A stretch of DNA of 64,000 nucleotides from a virus. Its lineage: Duplodnaviria > Caudoviricetes. Position 1 is the first letter of the stretch; the number at the start of each line of letters is the position of its first letter. Positions 35,498 to 44,875 of the stretch are shown piece after piece. Where the stretch lies: IMG/VR virus record IMGVR_UViG_3300035676_000001. The stretch is one strand, 5' to 3'. The notes below the pieces were generated by a model. That model saw nothing but the letters and a program-made list of their open reading frames with translations. It had not been told where the DNA came from and did no database searches. Made by a program: the position numbers and the translations under genes.

Positions 35498-36148
35498 TTA
35501 TAGATTTGAAAGAAATTCTTGGAACAATTGTACTTTGTTCTCTTGAAGTGTTCTTTCATCAATGAGAGTGTTAATTCTCTTTTGAGTTTGTTCGGCAAGT
35601 TTTTCACGAAGAATACCACCTTCCCAAACCCACTCTTTACCTTCCATAATTCCCTGAACAAAAGCGTCAGGAGCAGAAGGGTCGGCAACGATATCAGCAG
35701 CGGTTGCTAGCATAAAGTCTTCGCCAACAATTTTATGACCTTCGTTGGTCATTTTTAATGAACCAACACCACGAGAAGAAACGCCAAGGCAAACACCTTC
35801 ACCAATGAGAGATTTTGCAATCTTACCCATTGGAGTTTCTAGCAGTTGTGCCTTACCAATAAAATTGGTTCCCTTTTGCTCAAGAGAAACAATCTTATGA
35901 GAAACGCGGTCAAGATTGACGGTAGGACCATCAGGATGACCAAGTTCTCCAAGAGCACGACCCTTAGAAACAAAGGCTTCATTATATCTGCTTACCTCTT
36001 TTGCAAGAGTTTGCATTGGATACATTCTTCCATTACGGTTGCAAATGTCTCCTTGAAGGAAAATACCTTCAATAAACATTTTCTTATCAGCACCTTTACC
36101 TTCGGTAATAAATTCTACCTTTTGAATTTCTTCTGTGATGAGTTTCAT
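35498..36148 (-). CDS. gp21: Prohead protease
   Basis: NRNGRMYP, GELGHP, GVSSRG.GS, ADIVADPSAPDAFV. Confidence 0.96.
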   Translation of the reverse strand: MKLITEEIQKVEFITEGKGADKKMFIEGIFLQGDICNRNGRMYPMQTLAKEVSRYNEAFVSKGRALGELGHPDGPTVNLDRVSHKIVSLEQKGTNFIGKAQLLETPMGKIAKSLIGEGVCLGVSSRGVGSLKMTNEGHKIVGEDFMLATAADIVADPSAPDAFVQGIMEGKEWVWEGGILREKLAEQTQKRINTLIDERTLQENKVQLFQEFLSNL

Positions 36149-36149
36149 T

Positions 36150-36692
36150 TTATTCTGCTACTAGGGTGACAACTTCTGCAATATTGAAGAAAGTATCTGG
36201 TTCAAAGGTAAGGCAAGATACTTTTACACTCTTAGCCAATGTTGCTCCAGTAACTGCAACACCTGTAAGTGCCGAACTATTGAAGTTGATTGTTACTGAA
36301 GAATCAGTCATCGACACAATTGAATTATGTATGGTATTGATTCCTGCTGTAGGAGCATTTTCAATCGTTACATAATCTGTAGGAAGGAATGGATTACCTG
36401 CATTGTTATCAAATGTGAGTGTAGTTGTTGTGCCGGTAGTTACTCCAACAATTCTTTGTCTTCTCAGAGTTTCCTTGAGAATGTCTATACTGTAAGAAGT
36501 GATATGAAAATTATCTTGAGTTGCTACTGGATTTGTTCCAATAGCGATATATCCACCAGAACTGCCGGTGGTCGAACCAATAGTAATTCTCAAATATCCA
36601 GTCTTAAGTGCAATAGGAACACTAGTCGCAGCAACACCAACAGATGGTGCTAGCCTTGGAATTTGTGTATCCTGAATAATTTTTGTTGCCAT
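36150..36692 (-). CDS. Hypothetical virion protein
   Basis: ORF track; beta-rich; in head operon. Confidence 0.75.
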   Translation of the reverse strand: MATKIIQDTQIPRLAPSVGVAATSVPIALKTGYLRITIGSTTGSSGGYIAIGTNPVATQDNFHITSYSIDILKETLRRQRIVGVTTGTTTTLTFDNNAGNPFLPTDYVTIENAPTAGINTIHNSIVSMTDSSVTINFNSSALTGVAVTGATLAKSVKVSCLTFEPDTFFNIAEVVTLVAE

Positions 36693-36883
36693 TATTCTTC
36701 GTCCTCGGTGGATTCTTCATCATCAACTTCATTTTCAATTTCATTATTAAACATTGCTGAAGCGACATAAGGACGAGCATCATCTACTCTTTGTGCCGCT
36801 TTTGTATAGAGAAGTTCTTTAATCCTGCTAGAAACATCTGCAGGGGAACTATCAGTCGCAATCAAATCGATAAGTTCTTCCAT
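36692..36883 (-). CDS. Small acidic protein (position like a prohead core protein)
   Basis: Acidic tail; between portal and protease; TATAAATA at 36908-36915. Confidence 0.7.
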   Translation of the reverse strand: MEELIDLIATDSSPADVSSRIKELLYTKAAQRVDDARPYVASAMFNNEIENEVDDEESTEDEE

Positions 36884-36910
36884 AAAATTGTTTTATTATT
36901 ATAAGATTAT

Positions 36911-38596
36911 TTATATCTTCCCACCTTTGGGCTCTGCAGGAACTTCAGGTGCTGCTGGTTCCATTGGAACTTCTCCCATCGCGGGTTGTTCCGCTCCCAT
37001 AGGTGCCGCTCCTCCTTCTGGAATTGGGTTACCCATTTCGTCTACTGGAGCATTGGGGTCTGGAAGAATACCTTTTTGAATTTCATCTTCAATCTGCTCA
37101 TCAATTTCAATAATTTCAGAATCAGTTTGACGAAGAACTTTTTTGCGAACATATTCGGTAGAGTAATACTTACCAATATAAGGTTCCATTTGAGTCATTA
37201 GAGTCAAACGATTGGTAATCAGTTCTGCCTCTTTGAGTTCTGCAAAATGATTATCGTATAAGAAATCATATTGAATATGATCGCTCATTTTATCCCAATC
37301 TTCTGGAGATACGATATTCTTGAGAAGAAGTTGAGTGCGAAGTAAGTCATTGAACATATTTGCAAAACGCTTTCTTAAGCGTCCTACAAATTTGGAGAAC
37401 TTGAGTTCATCTCTTAAAATTTCTGATGAACGACCAAGATTGAATCCATCTCCTCCACCAGCAATTCTGGTTTCAGGAACTGCAAGTGCTCTATAAAGTT
37501 TTTTCTGGAAATATTCGATGTCGGAAAGTTCGCCAAGATTCTGACCGCCAGGAAGAGTTGTTATTTCTGTACCGCGACCACCTTCACGGCGAGGTAACCA
37601 GAAATCCTCAAGCATACTCATAAACTTGCGGTCATCACGAACCTCACCTGTGTTTGCATCATACACAAGCTTGTTACGATAACGACTCATAACATCCTTA
37701 AGATATTGCTCTGCCTTTACCTTAGGAAGATTACCTACATCAATATAGAAGATTCTTCTTTCTGGGGCTCTCGATAATCTATAAATTACTAGAGAATCCT
37801 CAATCATACGAAGTTGATTGAGTGCCTTGATTGCCTTATGGAGATATGATAGAACTGTTCCTTTATTTCTATCAATCAATCCCGATGTACAATATGTGAT
37901 AGAATCCTTAGCAATCTTTACCCCACCCTTTGCTGAACCAGAAATTGTTCCTGATGGATAATTTGGAGTTGGACTATAAATGAAATACTCTTCAATTTCT
38001 GGGAAATTAGTTTGCTCATTACTAAAGTTCCCACTCATAATGGTTCTATTCGTCAGAAGAGAATTTCGGTCATTTGGATCCGCCTTCTTTTCTTGGCGAA
38101 CATGCTTCATCTTCATTGGATCAATATACCTGAGTTCCTTAATTCCTTCCTCAGGTTTTTTTACATCAATAACTTTTAGATAAAAAACACGACCATCTAC
38201 ATACCAATTCCTAAAGATTTCATGGCACTTCTTATCGAAGTCCATAATTTCTTTGATATATCTGAACTCATCTCTAATAATTTTCTTTAACTTATCACTA
38301 GCATTTAAATTTGATAATTCAATTTCTACTGGAGAATCATAGAGGTCACTTACAATCGCTTCATTAACAATATCTTCAATCGCAGAATCACATTCTGGAT
38401 GCAAAGACATCTCACGATATCTACGAATTAAATCGTACTCAGTTCTGTAGACACCTTCGATATCTACATACTGTCCATAAAAACCCGATTGAATATAATA
38501 ATCAACCCCGTCCTCATTGTTAGGAGGTACGGGGGAAACTATAGATTTGGATTTTTTTTCGTTATCCTCAATCGAAAAACCAAAAAGTTTCGCCAT
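36911..38596 (-). CDS. gp20: Portal protein
   Basis: YRLSRAPERRIFYIDVGNLPK.KAEQY, EDFWLPRREGGRGTEI. Confidence 0.98.
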   Translation of the reverse strand: MAKLFGFSIEDNEKKSKSIVSPVPPNNEDGVDYYIQSGFYGQYVDIEGVYRTEYDLIRRYREMSLHPECDSAIEDIVNEAIVSDLYDSPVEIELSNLNASDKLKKIIRDEFRYIKEIMDFDKKCHEIFRNWYVDGRVFYLKVIDVKKPEEGIKELRYIDPMKMKHVRQEKKADPNDRNSLLTNRTIMSGNFSNEQTNFPEIEEYFIYSPTPNYPSGTISGSAKGGVKIAKDSITYCTSGLIDRNKGTVLSYLHKAIKALNQLRMIEDSLVIYRLSRAPERRIFYIDVGNLPKVKAEQYLKDVMSRYRNKLVYDANTGEVRDDRKFMSMLEDFWLPRREGGRGTEITTLPGGQNLGELSDIEYFQKKLYRALAVPETRIAGGGDGFNLGRSSEILRDELKFSKFVGRLRKRFANMFNDLLRTQLLLKNIVSPEDWDKMSDHIQYDFLYDNHFAELKEAELITNRLTLMTQMEPYIGKYYSTEYVRKKVLRQTDSEIIEIDEQIEDEIQKGILPDPNAPVDEMGNPIPEGGAAPMGAEQPAMGEVPMEPAAPEVPAEPKGGKI

Positions 38597-38625
38597 TTTA
38601 TAAATTTAAACTGTTATTTTACTAT

Positions 38626-39216
38626 TTAGTTAATATCTTCACCACCAGCTTTTTCTGATGTGCCCTTCATGGCTTCCCACCAGAGGACTTGCATTTCTAC
38701 AGTAAACTCTTGAATTGAGTCAGTTCCATAGTCAAGGGCAATGTTGCTGATGCTTGTTGGGAAGATATCATAGAAATGATATGCTCTTAGGGTAGATCCA
38801 TCACGGTCTAACTGGTAGACGAATGCATCTGCTGTATATGCTGCTGGATCAGTTTCACCAGTGTTATCAGAAACTCTGTTGATTTTGTTCATCCAGTTCT
38901 CAAATGCGGAACGGATTGCAAAATCAGTATCGTTCAGAACACCGATTGTCCAGGATTCGAAAGTACGGTCTCCTGCCAACTTCAGAGTTCTTCCTCTAAA
39001 AGAAACTTCGAGAGGAGTTACATTTGATGCTGGGAGTGCAGCAGACTTGACGAGCAATCTTGATTTATCAAGAGTATTGACATCTGTAGGAGCTACATCT
39101 GGAAAAGAAAGAACAACTTCAAATAGGTTGCTTCTGGTGCCACCACCCGACAGTTTGCTCTTGAAGTCGGTAATCTTCCTTAAAGGAGGTGGATTTAGTT
39201 GTTGTCTGGTTGCCAT
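38626..39216 (-). CDS. gp19: Tail tube protein
   Basis: RSNLFEV, FRGR..K.AGDRTF..W, FPT.IS.I.L. Confidence 0.95.
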   Translation of the reverse strand: MATRQQLNPPPLRKITDFKSKLSGGGTRSNLFEVVLSFPDVAPTDVNTLDKSRLLVKSAALPASNVTPLEVSFRGRTLKLAGDRTFESWTIGVLNDTDFAIRSAFENWMNKINRVSDNTGETDPAAYTADAFVYQLDRDGSTLRAYHFYDIFPTSISNIALDYGTDSIQEFTVEMQVLWWEAMKGTSEKAGGEDIN

Positions 39217-39235
39217 AATTGTTTAAACCTCTAAA

Positions 39236-41386
39236 TTAAAAGTTTCCGATTACTTCTTCAAAATCAACACCAGTCTTGGTGGCAACGAAGGTAAGACCAA
39301 TGAAGTTGATTGATCTTGCGGGTTTGATGTAAATGTCAGCAACGAATTCATTATTATCTATCACAGCAGCGGTGTTATTTGTTTCGTCACAAACAACAAC
39401 ATAATCAAAAATACCTCTCTTTGCTTGAACATCACGCAAGAATGGTTCAATTGTATTTACGAAGTTGGTTCTTGTAAGTTCGTCGTTGAATTCGAAGAGT
39501 TGATCTTTTGCTGCCTGAGAAATTGCTCCCTCAAGATAAACAAACAGACGACGAACATTGATTCTATCAAATGCCGATGCCTTAGCATATCCAGTCTTAT
39601 CACCGAACAGAATGATTCCTGCACCAGGCGAGAAGATGACTGGGTTAATTCTGCTCGAATAGAGGCGGTCTCTTTGGGTCTTAGTTGGATTGTAAGCCAG
39701 TTTTACGGCATTCAGAATAGCGCCTCTTGAGGTTCCAGCAGGTGAGTACCAGGGGAAGTTATTGATGTCGTTGCGGGCACAGAGACCAGCAATATCACCG
39801 TTTAGGGGAACATATCTGAATGTATTTGCAAATCTATCGTACATATACTTATAACCACTATCAAAGACTGCATAAGACGAAGATGTGATAGGAGCATAGA
39901 AACTGATTACATTATCAGTAATATCTGCTGCCGAATTGACTGTTACTGCAGTTTGTGATGAAGTATCAGTAAGAGCAGCACCTCTGTATGGTGAGATGAA
40001 TGCAAGTGCATCTTTTCTCAGTTCAGCAACAGAAATTAGTTTATTTGCAAGTGCTTGTGCAGTTTCCTTTGCATATCCAGCAGAACCCATTAATAGGAAA
40101 TCTACCTGGAAGTTCTCTGTGCTTTCGAACAGATCGTAACCTGCTGAAAGTTTTGCGAGAGATGAAGTAAGTGCTCCAGATGTTGTAATATCTGTTCCAC
40201 CATCATAGTTCTTGCCACCACCTAATGCGTTGCTTGAAGAACCTGTAGCGGCAAAATTAACTCCATCTGCTGGTTGATCCCAACCTACATCAGTCGATGG
40301 AGTAAATCCAGAACTAAATCCTGTAGTTACAATACCTGCAGGTGCTCCACCAGCAAAGATATACTGTGAGTTAGTTGCAATATACTTTCTCCAGTATGAA
40401 GGGCTTCCTACTGAGAATTCTGCATCAGTCGCTTTGGAAAGACTTAAATGCTTTTCAAGAATAGTTCCAGCATTTCCGGTTACATTTCCAAGGGAGTCGA
40501 TAACTACAACATGAACCTCGTCAAATCTTGCGTTTCTTGCAGCAGCGAATGCTGAAGTTCCAGGTCTTGGGGCAATATTATTCCAAGAAATTGTTGATGA
40601 TGTTGTTAATCCAACTGTTTGTTGATCGAACCAATCCAAATTGGAAGATACTGCAATGGTTGCAACTCCAACTGAAGCAGAAGTTCTAATAGTCAGATTA
40701 CCTGTGGTTCCGAATGCATAAACTCCACCTTGCTGATAATCAACTGCTGTTTCAGTTCCAGCGGCAGAAACTTGACTTAAAACTTTTACTCCAAGAGTTC
40801 CAGCACCAATTTCGGTAATAATTCCCTTGAGGTAACCATCTAAAACTGAAGTTGAACCTGCACCAGGAAGAACTGAACTAATTGCTTGAGTTACACCATA
40901 ACCAACTACAGCACCTGTAGTTGTAACGCCAAGAATTTGATCTGCTTTACCGTCGATAATTGCTACTCTGATTCCATTTGACCAAGAACCAGGATTCTTA
41001 GCAGCGACTACTACACCAGCAATGGTATTCTCGTCATAACCAAGTTGCTCATAATGCTCCAAGCTTTTAATTTTTACGCTGGAGGCAGTTCCTACAAATC
41101 CGTTTCTTAAATCATCATCGTCTGCTCTTACAACTCTTGCAGAACCACCATAAGCAAGATAAGATGAGGTAACTAACCAATTCTCGTAATGCTTATCGGT
41201 TGCGTATGGTCCACCAAAAGTTGTTAGCAAGTCATTCTCATTCTCTACTAAAGTTGGAGAATCTACAGGTCCTTGTGCAAAAGGTGCAACAATAGCACCA
41301 ACTTTGTTTGACGAAGGAGTAGCTCTTCCAATTGTTAAATCAACTTCCCTTACTACAATTCCAGGAGATGCTAAATTTAGCGGCAT
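39236..41386 (-). CDS. gp18: Tail sheath protein
   Basis: SPGIVVREVDLT, PWYSPAG, FDRINVRRLF, KPARSINFI. Confidence 0.97.
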   Translation of the reverse strand: MPLNLASPGIVVREVDLTIGRATPSSNKVGAIVAPFAQGPVDSPTLVENENDLLTTFGGPYATDKHYENWLVTSSYLAYGGSARVVRADDDDLRNGFVGTASSVKIKSLEHYEQLGYDENTIAGVVVAAKNPGSWSNGIRVAIIDGKADQILGVTTTGAVVGYGVTQAISSVLPGAGSTSVLDGYLKGIITEIGAGTLGVKVLSQVSAAGTETAVDYQQGGVYAFGTTGNLTIRTSASVGVATIAVSSNLDWFDQQTVGLTTSSTISWNNIAPRPGTSAFAAARNARFDEVHVVVIDSLGNVTGNAGTILEKHLSLSKATDAEFSVGSPSYWRKYIATNSQYIFAGGAPAGIVTTGFSSGFTPSTDVGWDQPADGVNFAATGSSSNALGGGKNYDGGTDITTSGALTSSLAKLSAGYDLFESTENFQVDFLLMGSAGYAKETAQALANKLISVAELRKDALAFISPYRGAALTDTSSQTAVTVNSAADITDNVISFYAPITSSSYAVFDSGYKYMYDRFANTFRYVPLNGDIAGLCARNDINNFPWYSPAGTSRGAILNAVKLAYNPTKTQRDRLYSSRINPVIFSPGAGIILFGDKTGYAKASAFDRINVRRLFVYLEGAISQAAKDQLFEFNDELTRTNFVNTIEPFLRDVQAKRGIFDYVVVCDETNNTAAVIDNNEFVADIYIKPARSINFIGLTFVATKTGVDFEEVIGNF

Positions 41387-41421
41387 CTTTATTCTCCGTG
41401 CTATCCAGAATTATCTAAAAG

Positions 41422-41429
41422 TATTTATA
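41422..41429 (-). promoter_or_regulatory. Late promoter TATAAATA for gp18
   Basis: Exact consensus. Confidence 0.8.
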
Positions 41430-41450
41430 AATTCCCACGACTTCACAGAA

Positions 41451-43148
41451 CTATCCGTATTCCCACATATGAGAGCGGTCCCCATATTCGTCAACATTCC
41501 ATATTTCGGTGCTTTCTAATTGACTCTGAGCATTTGCGAATACCCATCTATCACCTGTTTCTATATCTACAGTTACTTCCATATCATCTAAACCATCAAC
41601 AATGAAACCAAATGGAGACATATCTTGCTCAATTTGATTCTTCTGTTCCTCATAAATTCTCTTACGAACATCGTTGTCCGTCATTTCTTTGAAATAATCC
41701 TGAGCAACTAACCAAGAGAAAATTACAAGGCACATTGCTAAGTCATCATTACAACCTTCTTCTGCTTCAAATGAATTACCTCTCTGAGCAAATGTTGTAA
41801 GTTCGCTAATAATCTCATAATCACTTGTAAGTAGTTTATCGTCTTCTAATAAAGTTTTGAGGTTGGAACATCCTAATTTTTTAACTGCGGCAGTCATTCT
41901 CACACCAAGTTGAGATTTTTTACCACTAAATCCAGAACCTACAATCTGACCTGCACGACCTCTCATCGCACACATCAAAACATTATCATACTCCAAATCA
42001 AAGTGTAAAATACTTGCTACCTGGTCACCAATATCATTGACTTCAATCAGTAACCAAGCATCGTTATAACCTTTTGCTACTTCGTGAATGATACTTGGGA
42101 ATAGCATCGGTTTAATTTCATTATTTCGATATTTTGCCACAACCTTATAGGGGAAGTTTGTAATATCAAAAACTACAAATGCAGAATAGTCATTACCCAA
42201 ACCACGGGCAACATCGACCGTGATTAGATAATTATTCTCTTCTTTCGGATGCTCATAGACATCCAATCCAGCATTTCTTTTAATTGGATCATCATAAACA
42301 AGATTGCGAAGTTTTGATGCATTAATAAGAGTATTGACTGACCCTAGAAACTCGCATTCAAACTCAACCTTAAACTGCTGTTCGCTGGTGTTTGCAATCG
42401 TCTGCTCCTTCCAGGCTTCGTCTCTACCAGGCACCTCAGACCAATGGACATCTGTGGGTACATATTCGTTCTTGCCCTTCTCAGCGTCATGCCACATACG
42501 GTAGAAGTGGTTCATACCGCGAGGGGTAGAAACAATAATTACCTTTGTGCTTTGACCAGAAGAAATGGTAGGATAAACTGAAGCAAAGAAGTCATCGGCA
42601 ATGTGATTCGGGATGAACGCGAATTCGTCCAAAAAGATGACATTATAAGATCCACCTCGGACAGCAGATGAGGAAGTAGAGTTTGATGAAATCTTCGATC
42701 CATTTTCTAATTCTAGAGAACCTTTGTTCCAAGATATAATACCCTGTTGCATCCACTTGGGCAAATTCTCATAGGCAAGTTGCAATCTTCCGAGAAGGTC
42801 TCTGGCAGTAGATGCTTTGTTCGCTAGAATAGCTATATTCACATTGTCGTTGAATACTGCATAATGTAATAGATATGAAACGCAAGTCGTAGATTTACCT
42901 GTCTGTCGAGGCATCTTACAAATATTAAATCTATTCTTATGGAAATTTGTTACAAGTTTCTCTTGAAATGGATACATCTCAAAAGGAACAAGACCGTGGT
43001 CCAGAGAAACAATTTTAATATAATTCTTTGCGAAATATACGGGGTCTTCCTTACACTTTAAGAACTCGATGATTTGTTCTTCAGTAAATTCAATCGGCGT
43101 ATTCGCTTTTTTGAGCAGAGGATTGCCCAAATAGACATCATTAGACAT
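41451..43148 (-). CDS. gp17: Terminase large subunit
   Basis: PRQTGKST, FLDEFAF, STPRG, DVARG, DDLAM. Confidence 0.97.
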   Translation of the reverse strand: MSNDVYLGNPLLKKANTPIEFTEEQIIEFLKCKEDPVYFAKNYIKIVSLDHGLVPFEMYPFQEKLVTNFHKNRFNICKMPRQTGKSTTCVSYLLHYAVFNDNVNIAILANKASTARDLLGRLQLAYENLPKWMQQGIISWNKGSLELENGSKISSNSTSSSAVRGGSYNVIFLDEFAFIPNHIADDFFASVYPTISSGQSTKVIIVSTPRGMNHFYRMWHDAEKGKNEYVPTDVHWSEVPGRDEAWKEQTIANTSEQQFKVEFECEFLGSVNTLINASKLRNLVYDDPIKRNAGLDVYEHPKEENNYLITVDVARGLGNDYSAFVVFDITNFPYKVVAKYRNNEIKPMLFPSIIHEVAKGYNDAWLLIEVNDIGDQVASILHFDLEYDNVLMCAMRGRAGQIVGSGFSGKKSQLGVRMTAAVKKLGCSNLKTLLEDDKLLTSDYEIISELTTFAQRGNSFEAEEGCNDDLAMCLVIFSWLVAQDYFKEMTDNDVRKRIYEEQKNQIEQDMSPFGFIVDGLDDMEVTVDIETGDRWVFANAQSQLESTEIWNVDEYGDRSHMWEYG

Positions 43149-43153
43149 AAAAA

Positions 43154-44482
43154 TTACCTCTGTTCAATCCAAGTCATTGCACCATAAGCAACTGCATTCG
43201 TCACACCAGTATCCAAAACTGCAACTGCAAGAGTGAGAGTATCACTAATTGTTCCAATGCCGCTTCTACCAATTTGGTAAACAGTATCCTTATCTAAACG
43301 AATACCTGTACCACCACCACCTTGAATAATATATCCACTATCCAAATCAATACCCGCTGTTCCGATTCCAGTAGCAGTCCTGTTATATTGGGTAAATGCA
43401 TTTTCATCAGGCATATCAACCCAAGTTCCACCAGTCAAATCTGCATTTCGGACAAATTTATATGCCAAACTAATGGCAGTTGAATTTGAAGATGGGCTTG
43501 TTTGATACAAACTTGCTGCCTGGAAGAATGTTGGAAGAACAATACCAGTAAGTGTTGTTGGTTTCAAACGAATTGAAAGAAGTGGATAATAAGTTTGTGA
43601 TACTGGTAAAATTCTACCAGTCACTGCGGTTCCGACATTCTGTGCAATACCCAACTTATCAGTAAATCCTTCACAAATCAAAGAATTGGAACCCTGATAC
43701 AAATAATGAGGACCAGTAGAAACACCTGTCGTGTTTGTAAGTTCTAAACGAATTGGGAGAAATGGAGTTTTGCACCAAGGATAAGGAAGTCTGTTTCCTG
43801 CGTTAATTGTATGAATGGTCCTTACTTGCCCATCTATCTCAAAGTGAAATTTAATCTGCCCTGCACCATACCATTCATATTCCATAACAATCATTTGCTG
43901 TGCGGAGGGAGAAGCAGTAATACCGCTTGGTCCATTACCGTCTAACTTATCTCCATTCCATTCTGAACGAGAATATCTTTCAGTAATAATACCACTTGGA
44001 CCATTACTATTAATCAAGACGCAGGCATAGTCACCACCATCATCCTCAAAATAAAAACCATCTCGCCCATCAAATAAACCAAATCTTCTGCGGACACCAG
44101 ATTTTGGTGGTTCTAATCTGATGGCAAAAGAAATTTCTGCTGGTCTTCCCGAAATGTATCTCATCACATTTCTGGTTTGACGAATGACTTCTGAACCTGC
44201 AGAAGAAGTTACAGACATTCCAACACCACTTATAACGGAGTCCCAAACCGCAGTTCCGCCAACACTAACTCTTGTATCCCATACATCAGTCTCAATTCCA
44301 TATTGGAATGTATTGAAAAAAACAATTTCTGGAGTGGATGTCTTAAGTCTTCCTTTACCTGTTACCTCAATATTTTGTAGATAAGTTGGAAGAGGATTAA
44401 TATTGGTGACCGTTACAATACCAGTAGAACCAAATGTTCCAAATCCTATGGATGCGGGTTGGGGAAGGGGATTGTAAGACAT
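43154..44482 (-). CDS. Hypothetical virion protein (beta-sandwich-like)
   Basis: ORF track; G/T-rich; inserted between terminase genes. Confidence 0.75.
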   Translation of the reverse strand: MSYNPLPQPASIGFGTFGSTGIVTVTNINPLPTYLQNIEVTGKGRLKTSTPEIVFFNTFQYGIETDVWDTRVSVGGTAVWDSVISGVGMSVTSSAGSEVIRQTRNVMRYISGRPAEISFAIRLEPPKSGVRRRFGLFDGRDGFYFEDDGGDYACVLINSNGPSGIITERYSRSEWNGDKLDGNGPSGITASPSAQQMIVMEYEWYGAGQIKFHFEIDGQVRTIHTINAGNRLPYPWCKTPFLPIRLELTNTTGVSTGPHYLYQGSNSLICEGFTDKLGIAQNVGTAVTGRILPVSQTYYPLLSIRLKPTTLTGIVLPTFFQAASLYQTSPSSNSTAISLAYKFVRNADLTGGTWVDMPDENAFTQYNRTATGIGTAGIDLDSGYIIQGGGGTGIRLDKDTVYQIGRSGIGTISDTLTLAVAVLDTGVTNAVAYGAMTWIEQR

Positions 44483-44871
44483 TATACTAAGAACCAGTTA
44501 GAACCGTTGTAAAAATAAGTAAAACTTTGATGATTGATTTTCATCACAACTGAAGTATCGTTTTCAACACTCGCACCAATACCAGCACGAACCGTTACAT
44601 TATATGTAGATATCTTATTGCCTTCATCTTTTACAGTAATTTTTTTACCTGTTAATGGAGACGCTGGAAGGTCTATCAAAACAGGAACATTTGCATTTAT
44701 TGCGATATAATCATCAGAAGTTGTTGCTTGATAGTATGTTGTGACTCCAGAAATTGTTACACAACTTGTAAATCCAACACATGCCCATTGGACACCATTC
44801 CATTTATAATAACGACCTGCGGTATTATAAATTTGATTTAGTAGTGGAGAGTTTGGAAAATTAATCGCCAT
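44482..44871 (-). CDS. Hypothetical virion/fibre-associated protein
   Basis: MAINFPNSP...Y.WNG..W N-terminal motif of cyanophage structural proteins. Confidence 0.75.
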   Translation of the reverse strand: MAINFPNSPLLNQIYNTAGRYYKWNGVQWACVGFTSCVTISGVTTYYQATTSDDYIAINANVPVLIDLPASPLTGKKITVKDEGNKISTYNVTVRAGIGASVENDTSVVMKINHQSFTYFYNGSNWFLV

Positions 44872-44875
44872 AGTT

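Noticed and set aside
8431-43148. Inteins or introns in gp41, gp43, uvsW, gp46, gp20 or gp17
   Set aside because: Lengths and motif order look normal; no intein-type junction signatures seen
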